The notes under the pieces were generated by a model, which saw nothing but the letters and a program-made list of their open reading frames with translations, made no database searches and was not told the DNA's origin. Source: Blasia pusilla (lineage: Eukaryota). Taken from it: a stretch of DNA of 64,000 nt. Positions 24,280 to 34,389 of the stretch are shown here, in pieces. Within the stretch, counting starts at the first letter, position 1; every line of letters begins with the position of its first letter. The DNA is taken from assembly GCA_050084515.1 (NCBI GenBank), contig CM114271.1, positions 1,674,001 to 1,738,000 on the forward strand, read 5' to 3'. The position numbers were made by a program, and so were the translations under genes.

Positions 24280-26469
24280 CTTGGCGTACCTGCAAAACAT
24301 CCCAAGAAGTCCAAGGTTATCTCTTCCGATCACCCGTGGTGTGTCGATCTCCTCGGGTCTTGCCCCTTGCCGCTGCCTCAACCGTCTTGGTAGGCATGGG
24401 CTCACTAACGCAATAGCTACGATATGTTGCATCCTCAAATGGGGCTGCTTAGCTACTCCTAAGCTGAAAATCCATGTCAAGCAATTCTGGTCCATCGTCT
24501 GACCCAAGACATCACGTCGTGATGCCTCTCATACTGACGGTACTGCCGTCACTCTTGTGGAGAATCCCATCGCTCTTTCTCATCAGCGTTGGGCTACACC
24601 AACCTCTGTACATGGTCAACCCAAACCAAGCCAGGTCCTCCCAAACCAAGCTAGGTCCGACCTCCTTGAATGCATAGGAAGCGGAAAAACTCACCAATGT
24701 GGGAAAGGCTGCCTGTGGCTTCCCAATCTTGTTGACCACAGTCAACGGCGATCGATCATCTAGCCTCACTGCCTGTGATTGACGGCCCGGATCCAATATA
24801 GAATCCACCAACAAATTGGAGGGATGCTCCACTCTCGCATATACCCTCCGTAATACCTCGTGTGGTACCAAGTTGCTCCACCAAAGACACGGGCAATGTG
24901 CTTGTGAACCTACACTCACCGTATCTAACAACACTGTCGGGTCGATCCATGCGCGCACCTGATGTGCACTCGTCACCACGCGGGACCTCAAATCGCCCAA
25001 AATTGGCACATTCTCCAAAATGTATGCTGGGGCCAGTAGCATTTAGGCCAAGTGATGGCACTGCTAAATGCTACTAAGGTCGCCATCTCTCATGGCCGTC
25101 GTTCAATCATTGCACCTGCGAATCAAACGCGTAACGAGCTAAGGCGCCCATCACCTGACTGCCATCCTAGTCTGTAGGACGCTGACTCCTCCCAGTAATC
25201 TAGGGAAAACCCCATCGGGTATAATACTGCTCCACCAACCAAGACGTCGTAGGACTCTGCATCAATCAATATCGCATTGGCTCGCACCACAGACTCATAT
25301 GTAGGATGTCCTTGGCGAATCCTTACCACAACCTCCAATCGGGTGATATATTGTGTGGTACTCGCTCCACCCAAGGATGTCTATACGTGGAATGGACAAC
25401 GCTCCACATCGGCTCTCGTCAAGCCCAATCTTCTAAATGACGCTTTTCCCAACATCAGGGGTTGCGCTCTTGAATCCAACAAGACGCGATGCGGACTAAA
25501 AGCTCTACCTCCGGGACTCACCAAATGGAAGACCTCTCCCCGGTTATCCAGCAATACAACACCAGGAGAAACCATGGCACGCTCTATCGCGGGTCTAGTG
25601 GGCATCTCCGCCATCCTAGCAGCCGCAGCCTGCCATGAATCTGACGTGGACGGCCGGAGCATCCGCTCCAAGGGCAGGTCCATCACCTCCTCTCCAATCA
25701 CCTCTAAACGTGATGCAGGAACTCCAACTCCACGCTCACATAGCGTAGTGGCCAGCCGAAAAATCTCGAAGGGCATACCTCCCAACGTCATAACATCAGA
25801 AGCAGAAAATAAAGTATTTTGGGTAAGTTTTATGTTGGGGATAGTTGAATTTCCACTTTGGGAAGTGGTCCTTGACCCGCTACAGTAGGTCGAGCGCGGT
25901 ACACAACGATGGCCGCCCCCAACAACATGCTCGACACATGCCCCTTTTGAGCATCAACAATAGGAGTCGTCGCACTTGCTTCTCCCATCGCCCTCCGTGC
26001 CTCCACACCGACAACATCACCAACTCTCCAAGAACTCTGATTAGGACCCATCAATGGGGTCCTCATCGCCTCGGACAACGTGAAAAACTGAGGAAGCCTA
26101 GTTTGTTTCCTAGCTTCCCCTCAGCTGTGGATCCAACTCTACGGCGAATCCCACGTCACAATGGCGGCGGCCTCCATCTAGGCAACCCCACACATCCAAC
26201 CAAGATCCTCCATATCTCTGGTTGCTCCATATGATGTCGATGCCACGGATCCGACATCGGGTAATCTCAATGCCATAGCGGCAATCTGCTCATGTAGCTG
26301 ATGTATTTGAGCAGCCATCCTAGCCTCAAGTCCGACGTCTCCCTTCAAGCGTCTAGGTGGTGAGACTCTACCTCCTCCACGGGAAGCTCCACCACCGTGT
26401 CAGGCAACTTCAGCTCCTCGTCCCCCAATGGGACCACCTAGTGCACGATCTCTAGGCCCACCCGGACGG
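24280..26469 (-). mobile_element. Gypsy family A, copy 1, internal fragment: gag tail, linker, aspartic protease and C5-DNA methyltransferase (partial)
   Basis: 25678-26469 aligns by eye with 52011-52730 of the Gypsy-PHD copy. It is followed by protease RVLLDSRAQPLMLG (LLDSGA-type)...YDVLVGG and then DNMT motifs. Confidence 0.85.
24465..25042 (-). pseudogene. C-terminal half (motifs VI-X) of a cytosine-5 DNA methyltransferase, DNMT3-like, embedded in Gypsy pol
   Basis: AYILENV (motif VI, ENV at 25015-25007). PTVLLDTVSVGSQAHCPCLWWSNL (motif VIII; compare DNMT3 [22 protein letters not shown]; the two Cys codons TGC/TGT are single C>T changes from Arg). After a frameshift, PNADEKE/AMGFSTRVT...SRRDVLGQTMDQNCLTWIF (motifs IX-X). 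Motifs I-IV are absent (internal deletion at about 25045). Confidence 0.85.
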
Positions 26470-27360
26470 GGGCTGGTATTCTGGCAAGAGAGAGAAAGAG
26501 AGGAGAGGAAGAGAGGAAGAGAGGAGAGTCTCTCTTAAAAAAAAAAAAAGGGCAGAATCCGCTCTCCTCTCTTCAAAATTTTTTGACATATTTGAAATTT
26601 TTGTTTGCTTTAAAATACAAGAAATCTTTAGAAGAGAGTAGCAAGTGGACCACATTCGGGCCTAAAGTAACCTCCTTTTTCCAGGGGAGAAAAAAATAGA
26701 CATCATAAGACTACTACAAACATTCTTCCATCACTCTCCATGTGAGCTTAAGTTTCTTCACATTGTCTGTCTCACTCTACAGTAAGCTGTGCCCATGGAT
26801 ATTTTTAACTACTCTAACTATGGTCTCAATAGACTGCGGTGTCCTTCAAGGTTTAACTTCTCGGAATATGTGGTTGACATTATGGATTGACATCTCTTCT
26901 TGCAAAAGGCATAAAATACTCCTCAATAAGGGGCAAAAGAAAGGCAAAAGGAAATGCCTTTAAATGATTGTTGACTCTTCTAGCAAAAGGCATCAATACT
27001 CATCCATAAGGGGGTTTTCCACAACAGAACAAATCGCTCGTCACTCATGGTAGCCTTAGACTTTCATTACATCATTTGATGATGTGGGCTCTTGAATGGG
27101 TGCACAAAGTATACCATGGACTGCTGTGCATTTGACAACTTGGTTTCACCATTCTCTCTGCCACTGAGAAATGTGAACACACGAGACGACAATTGAACCA
27201 AAAGATTGATAGCTGTCTGGAGTAAAGAGGAACTGATAAAAAAGAAAACGTGATCAGACGAGACGACAATTGAAGCAAAAGATATTTAGTTATTAGGAGT
27301 AAAGAGGAACTGACGCACCCATGTCCTTCATTCAGATCCTAAATCTGAGAATCTGAGAAG

Positions 27361-27780
27361 CTGCACCCCTCCCAACCCGTCGGAATTCGACAAGTTGCAA
27401 CTCTTGCAATCCGTCGGAATCGAATGGGTTGCACCCCTTGCAAGCAAGCTCACCATAACAAAAGAAGGATTTTTAGAAGTGATTCCATTCCGCCCTGCAC
27501 CCCATGAGAATGCAACAGGTTGGGAATCCTAAATGGCAATCCGACACGTAGTAGGAATCCAACACGTCTTAGAGAAGAGAAGAAGCCTACGACTGGTTTG
27601 ACGATAATATGGGAACGAGCCAAAAGTGAAGAAGCCCTCCAGAACGCCTCAAAACTTGGACTTACAAGGAAAGAGTCCGATCACTCAAGCAGCCAACCTG
27701 TCGGAATCTGAAAAGTTGCCTGAAAGTGGTTAAAATATTGTGAGAAGTTGCAACCCGTTGGAATCTCACGGGTTGCAAAA
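27361..27780. repeat. Left subterminal cluster of the palindromic motif TGCAACCCGTCGGAxTCCGACGGGTTGCA
   Basis: At least 5 degenerate copies, e.g. ttgcaacccgttggaatctcacgggttgcaa at about 27748-27778. Confidence 0.85.
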
Positions 27781-27883
27781 TAAACAGTCTGAGTAGATAG
27801 ACCAACACAATCGACAAGACCAAAAAAGATATTCAGCAAGCTTTTACAAACACCATCATAGATCAAAAAATTCTTGTCCTTTA

Positions 27884-29540
27884 TTACATCCGAGGGAAGC
27901 TCGAAAATGTATATTTGATCTTGTCTATGATTTCTTCAGCCTTGTCATCTACAAATTTACTCCTAACTCTCCTAGGTTCCAGTACAAAAGAAATGTCCTG
28001 GGATACAAGTGGCTCCTCTGGCCGATTGTAGACCGGGATCAAAATGTCGGGGAATTTGAGAGCCTTGGCCCCCCCCCTAGGTACACCATAACGGTCCCAT
28101 GTAACCTGATTTGAGTCCCACCGCCTTCCTCGGCAGTAAATCTTGTACCCTCTGCAAGGCGACATCCATCCAATATCAATATGTGCTCGGTCCTTTGGAA
28201 ACCAATAAATCCCTACTCCAAAACGCTCCAGTCAAGCTGGGTCCTTTAGTTCTTTGAACTCACTCCTCATCGTCCAAGAGCTCTTCCAGAATTACTGTCG
28301 GCCTTGCCCTCTCGATTTTTGGAATAGTGGGAAGTGACGATTGTGTCACTACCAATGGTGGGTTTGGAACCAGAGCTCTCGGCTTTGGAGGAGAGTTGTA
28401 TGCTCGAACTAGCCTGTCGTAATCTGCCTTTGCCTCTTTGCAAAGGTCATAAAGTTCCTGCCTTCCCTCAAGGCAGATAATGTTCCTGCCACTTTGCCAG
28501 GCGCCTCTGATACTCGCCCTTGATAGGCCCACTAAGTCGAAGACCAAGTCACCCGGCCTTGAACAGAGCTCGATGAGCGCTTGCATCAAGGCAGGGGACT
28601 TTTCCCTTCCTCCAAGTAAGGGGGTTTCGTCTTGCATGTAAATTCCTGGGAGGGAATTGTATAAACTATCTAAGCTGTACCCATCGGAGCATAAAACGAC
28701 TCAATCCAGGATCTGGAACACCTGGAAGTTGTGCTCGGGCCTTACAAAACAGTAAACCCTAAACCTGCTTCTTTACAGATGGTCCATGTGTAAAGAAGCA
28801 GGTTGGAAACAATGTCACCAAAAAGAAAGAGGTACTTGACCGCTGGTCTACTCTCAATATGGTGACATAATGTGCAACACGTTCATAGTGCATTCTAGTT
28901 CGTGTTGATTACCAACCCATAAGAACTTGGCCTAAAGTCCTAACAGTAGAGCAACCTGTCGGAGTCCAACGGGTTGTTTTACAAGTATAATTGTTTTTTT
29001 TTGCCATGAGCAACCCGTCGGAAGCCGATAGGTTGTTGGCTTAGAGCAACTCGTCGCTTTCCGACGGGTTGCATCACTCCAGAAACACAAGGAAAAGCAC
29101 AAGTACTTGCAACCCGGCGGATTCCGACGGGTTGCCCTCACTCAATGGAGATTTGTGGTAAATTTGCAACCCGTCGCTTTCAGACGGATTGCAACACCCC
29201 AGCCACAAGCTGTTGGGATCCGATGGGTTGCATGCAGAGATGCAACCCGTCAGAGCCCGACGGATTGAATTTGGATTAAGAGCCCTTTCCCGGACTTGAC
29301 TTGTCGCCAATCGGAGTGGATACTCGTTCTTGATGATCCATGATTGCGTTGTCCTCCACTTCAGTGACCTATTCACGCACTGAAGGTTGAAGAGCTTGTC
29401 CTCGCTCCCTCCAGTCAAGACCAAGAAACAACCCTTGTCACTCAGTTAAGCGTCTGCAAAAGAAAACAAAAGCGCGATCTGGTCATAGGTAAGAGGGACA
29501 TTCCAGTCTGGGACAGGAGGATGTGGCAAAGAAAGGAGCC
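27884..29540 (-). pseudogene. N4-cytosine/N6-adenine (beta-class, N6_N4_Mtase-like) DNA methyltransferase, 5'-truncated, spliced
   Basis: Inferred exons ~29540-29296, 28939-28917 and 28764-28260 (GT-AG, in frame) read PPVPDWNVPLTYDQIALLFSFADA*LSDKGCFLVL...SWIIKNEYPL...FRVYCFVR...GGREKSPALMQALIELCSRPGDLVFDLVGLSRASIRGAWQSGRNIICLE. This matches the K-P-x-x-L...L-I...S-x-P-G-D-L-V-x-D-x-F-x-G-S-G-x-x...G-R-x-x-I-x-x-E (motif X-I-II) pattern. Two in-frame stops. A frameshifted C-terminal extension runs to 27884. Catalytic motif IV is not present. Confidence 0.78.
28950..29270. repeat. Array of about 7 copies of the same palindrome inside the methyltransferase intron
   Basis: e.g. tgcaacccggcggattccgacgggttgc at about 29108 and tgcaacccgtcgctttcagacggattgca at about 29165. 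Confidence 0.9.
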
Positions 29541-32416
29541 GAGGTCTACAGAAACTCTCCGGGTTCAAATCCCGGAGTGATCAAGCTCACAACGGCATCA
29601 CAAATTTTTGAACAATTGCTTGGAATCCCTGGACAGGGCGAGATTACGGCGGTTGAGGAGAAACAACTCTGGGAGAATCTCGCATTTCTCGCTGATCCTG
29701 TATGCTTCCGGAATTTGCTGCGTCAAATACGAGTTCTGGATGGAAAGACGGCCGAAATGGATGCCATCGCCAGAATCAAGGCCAACTCCAGATTTCCATT
29801 CATTCAGAGATGGTAGTTCATGGGCCAAGGAGGCGAGGGATCCAGGCCTATGTCTTCAAAATGTCAACCACAGTCCGTCGAGTGGCCTCGATCTTATAGA
29901 TCGAATGAGGGAAGGGAAGATCTTTACGGGAGTTGGGTAAGCTTTGATATTTGCTCAGAGTCTTTGAACGGATGGTTGACGATGGGTGCTCACGTTTATG
30001 ACCATGTGGAGAAGGGACTCAAAACTATATTTGTCTGTGAAGTAAAAGCGTAAGACGTTGGCGTTTGAAGATGTCTTTGGTTACTCTTATTGGAGGTGGT
30101 GAAGGAAAACAAAAGGCCACCTCCGGAAATTTATGGGTTCATGGCGGACAATGCACAACCTGGGTGGATTGCTATCCGGGAAGTGTTTCGGGGTGAGAGG
30201 TTCAACTGGAGAGGGAAAGGTCGGATGCTTTCCATTGGCAACAGTCTGTGACCCGGTACACCAAATCTTGCATCAAGGAGAATAAGAGGACAGAGCATGT
30301 CACTCTACTCCAACGCTGCAAGGACAGCAAAACCTTGAAGCATGCCATGGAATGCGAGGAAGAACTTCATGGGTGGTGGAGGAAGCATGCGATTGAGGGG
30401 AAGTACAAAGAATTGTGCTCTTGGTTGAGTTGGTGGACTGTACGTATGAGACAATGGGGAAACTTCATGCGGCAGGTGAGTTCACTATTTTGTCTTGTCA
30501 AGCTCACGCTGAGAATTGTTTGTAAAGTTGTAGCTCAGGGTGAGAAGCGTGGGAACTATATGGATTTCAAACGGAAGAAACCAAGCAAGCTGTCGGATGC
30601 GACGGGTTGCCCGAGTGTGCAACCCGACGGAAACCGAGGGGTTGCATCCAGATGTTTGGTGCAACCCGAGTGTGCAACCCATCGGGACCCGACGGGTCAC
30701 AGAGTCGTTCATGGGATGCCTCGGCCTTGCAACCCGTCCGGTTCCGATGGGTTGCAGTAGGTGGGTTTAAGGTTACAACACGTCGGGACCCGACGGGTCG
30801 CAGAGTCGTTCATGGGATATCTCGGGCCTACAACCCATCTGGTTCCGACAAGTCGCTTATTTCTTTGAATCCTGAGTTATTTTCGTTCCCTTCTAACATT
30901 GCTGTCGTTGCAGGGATTGAACGTTCATGAAAATGCCCTCTACCCCAACACAAGTGGAGCAGAAAGTGTTCATTCCTCTTGGAGGTCGTCACAAGCATGC
31001 CAACGAATTTCACTTGTGGAGGCATGCCAACAAGACCAGGCAAGAGCAATGCTACAGTCTGCAGCATCCCATATCTTCCTCACAAAAGGCATAACAAAAG
31101 GAAAGGGGTCGTCGATCTACGAGCTCTATGTCAGAGCGGCTGTGAGATCTGGTGATGAAAAATTGTATGTCGAAGCCTTCAACCGGTGCGTAGCTGGAAC
31201 TCCACTCGAGCAAGACGTACACATAGGTGGGGATATTTGTGGGCGGGTTTCAAGATGTCCCATACAGATGGTGGTAGAGCCATCCGAACGAGACTCGTGG
31301 AGACTAGATAAGTATCTTGACTTGAGCGAGGTGAAGAGGCGAGCATCGAACGAATCCGGTGATTGATTTGGATGAGGAAATTACACCGCCCAGGTATTCG
31401 GGGACCCCGGACCCGTCCCAAATCCGTGATGGAGTTACTTCTCCAAAATCAGTGAATGTTTTATTTCAAAAGCCCTCCGTTGCTGGAAGTTCGCAACATC
31501 CTGTCACTGGGGTGGTTCAACAATATGGGATTCCGGTAATGGAGGTGGATTGCAACCTAAAATGGTGGCATATATCTCGGAGCAACCCAGGACGTGGACC
31601 CACCTGCAGGGCAGGATCTAATGGCATTAGGAGAGCATGCGGCACTTTCCTAAATAAGAACTGTACAAGGATCGGGCGATTACCACGCTCGGGTTTTGGG
31701 AACTCAAAACCTTTGATCGTTTCACGAGGACCGGGGATCAATTGAAGTACTTCTTCTGCCCAAATGAATCTTGGGCTTTCCGGAAGTCTTATCCGGCTGC
31801 CATTGGAGCTCCCAGGAATACCCCCACGATTTGGCCCATCGCCGCAGGCACGAACCGCACTCAAGACGAAGTGGACAATCTTACAAGTGCCGGTTTCAGA
31901 CTCGTAGATGGGGGAAGTTCGGAGCATGTTCGCATTACAGAGACCTTCGCATTTTGTATTCAACCCAAGATTGATGTCAACATGTACCCGGAGAAGGTGG
32001 ATGATCTCAATCCATTATTTCTGTTTGAGTCTAGAAATGGGGTGAAGAGAAACAGAATGTGCAGGCCAACGGTGGAGAGAGCAAAGCGAATTGCATAAGC
32101 TCGGGAGGCAAAAATGGAGATCATCGCCACGAAAGATGTCTTGAGTGGCAATGGAATAGGAAGGATGTATTGGGTCAAGAACAACACTGTAAATTCAAGT
32201 GTCACAGGGATGTATGTGGTGCACATCTGTTGCTTTCCCACATGTTCATGTGATGACTTTGTCCAAAGAGAGACAAGTGGCAAAAGGTATTTCCCTTGTA
32301 AGCACATGTACTATGTGTTGCTGGTAGTTTTAAGAGAGTCGGAGGTAGGAGTAAGAATCCACCAACCAATTCTGTCCCTCAAAGAAGTTCGAAGTATTTT
32401 AAACAAACCACTTTGA
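29541..32416 (+). pseudogene. MULE-like DDE transposase with C-terminal SWIM zinc finger, 5'-truncated, one intron (30476-30913)
   Basis: Across frameshifts: WVSFD (D1), TMGAHVYD, YGFMADNAQPGWIAIREVF (D2), DAFHWQQS (C/DxxH), W-rich segment WLSWWTVRMRQWG, then CAG/GTGAG...TTGCAG intron, PNTSGAESVHSSW (catalytic E), and SWIM YVVHICCFPTCSCDDF...PCKHMYYV. Confidence 0.85.
30585..30856. repeat. Array of about 6 copies of the same palindrome inside the transposase intron
   Basis: e.g. tgcaacccgtccggttccgatgggttgca at about 30728. Single copies also occur at about 32593 and 32712 near the right end. Confidence 0.9.
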
Positions 32417-32869
32417 GGATGCAAAATGAGGTTTTAGATTGTACTTTTTTTTTTCTCAACCTTCACTTTGAGCTTGAACTCTATTCAGCCCTGGGCAAAT
32501 GATAGATTTTTTCCAGACCTTGGATGGAAAAAGTGATTGGTTCCACACTTATGATTCCACTGATTTTTCAGTTTTCTAAATTTTGTGCAATTTGCAACTC
32601 GTCGGACTTAGAGGGGTTGCCAAAATATGGAAGAGGAAAAAAAAATTGTGGGACTGCTTAATATATGAACAAAAATGCTTAAAATAATTCAAACAAAAAT
32701 TTTCCTCTCTTCAACCCGACGGAAACTCTCTTAAAAAAATATATCTATTTCGGTTGAAGGTAGTTTCCTCTCTCCTCTCTTCCTCTCTTCCTCTCTCCTC
32801 TCTCCTCTCTTCCTCTCTTCCTCTCCTCTTACCGTTCCTCTCCCCTAAACCCATACATCATCGACGCGT

Positions 32870-34386
32870 TCCTAGCATCAACACGAAACCCAATATCCCA
32901 AATAACTTCCCAATACCCGAAAATCCCTCACATGTGCAGGGTAAGAGACCAGAATGGGTAATTTGACAATAATGTCGATGTCGCTCCTCAGCAACTACAA
33001 ATCTCAACCCCAACTCGGTCGTGGAGACAACTCCTCTAATCAGCAAGTTGTACTCCTCTTGTACTGACGATGCTCAAACCTCCTCGATGTGCGGTGCAGG
33101 TCCAACTGTCCGATGTGGCATTGGCGGCACGGAATGGCTACAAACGGCACGGCACTCGGGAATGGGATGCGGCATTCCTCGGCATATCCTCCTCAATCAG
33201 CAATTCACACGCTTTGCTCCTTAGTGAAGGACCGGCTCCCCGATCGAGATAGTGTGGTGCGGCCATGAGCGGCACGGCGTGGCAATCGGCGGCTCGTTGT
33301 GACTACAGGCATCACGGCACGCTACTCGATCGTCGTCGAGCGGTTACCAATCACACCATAGCAACATGAAATGAAAACTCAAACACCATAACGTGGGGTC
33401 ACGTGCCATCACTGGTTGAAGAAAAAACTGCAATGACAATGGCGGCCAAACCAAAGTACGTGGTGGCGGCGCAAGTCAGAGAATCAACAGTGGTCGTGGA
33501 AGACCCTCCACTCCGTAATGGCGGCAATGGCAACCAAAGGGTGGACAACGGACGAACGCGGCTCTAAGCAGCGCTAGGCGGGGGCAAGGACCGACGGTGG
33601 ACGGTGATGGTTGATCATTGACGGTTGACCGTTGATGGTGACTATGATGGCGATGGCGACGGCCGCCGTCGGCATGGCGGCTGGTTTAGGGTTTGAACAA
33701 TTTAACCCTAAAAATCACCTAGCAATGGCAGTTTTGCAAGATTCACCATAACTTTTTTTCTCGCAACTCCAAATTGCGCACCATTTGTTGCACAGCATGC
33801 ACAGCTTTACAATCTACGCTAGAGTTAAAAAATATTTTGAATCAAAAATTCCAGTAAAAACTGACAGAGACTGTTGTAAAGCCCAATGTCTCTTTCTCCT
33901 ACACAAAATTTGGCAACGCTTCTGCATCGATTTCTCCCAAAGAAAATGTAAAACCTGTGAAAATACAAATCAGAAAGCTACATCGTGCTCCTGAGAACAC
34001 CGGCATGGGGCAACCCACCCCATACTCAATCCCTATCAAAAATTGGATAACGCTTCCGCGCGCCACTCTTCCACACGAAAAATCGGCAAAAGAAACATTA
34101 CAAGTAAGCGGCTCCTGCTCCGGTGAGCACTCCCATGAACTGCTGAACAGGGGATATGATCCCCAACCTGCAAAACCAGCGAGTGACCTACGAGCTCCCC
34201 CATGAAGCTCTCTCACTCACTCATTCTCTCTTTGTAAAATAAGATGCAATCTCTCTCACAACACCATAGTTCTCACATGTGTGCACTTTCACATGTCTCT
34301 CTCAATGTCAAACCAAACCCACTCTCCTAATGAGAGGCTTGGGTTACACACACAAGGCAAGCAAGACCATAGCTCCGCCGCCTCAT
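32870..34386 (-). mobile_element. Gypsy family A, copy 1, 5' leader region
   Basis: 32870-33360 matches 54240-54730 and 33760-34386 matches 55310-55921. It ends at the same ccatagctccgccgcctca motif that abuts the LTR in copy 2. Confidence 0.85.
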
Positions 34387-34389
34387 ACA

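Larger units (their letters stand above)
26470..32832. mobile_element. Mutator-like (MULE-type DDE + SWIM) DNA transposon carrying a divergent amino-methyltransferase gene; internally deleted
   Basis: The 30-bp sequence agaggagaggaagagaggaagagaggagag at 26499-26528 is an exact inverted match to 32800-32829. A further inverted match lies at about 26595 / 32690 (aaatttttgtttg). Both flanks are Gypsy family A sequence. A single palindromic motif recurs along the whole span. No TSD found. Confidence 0.8.

Noticed and set aside
28950-29270. CRISPR-like appearance of palindromic repeats with spacers
   Set aside because: Repeats are degenerate, spacers are irregular, there are no cas genes, the context is eukaryotic, and the arrays sit in introns of a transposon.
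33899-34216. 105-aa ORF preserved in both Gypsy A leaders (also 55445-55762)
   Set aside because: No recognisable domain and a non-ATG start. Similarity is explained by shared repeat ancestry, and two close copies cannot show coding constraint.
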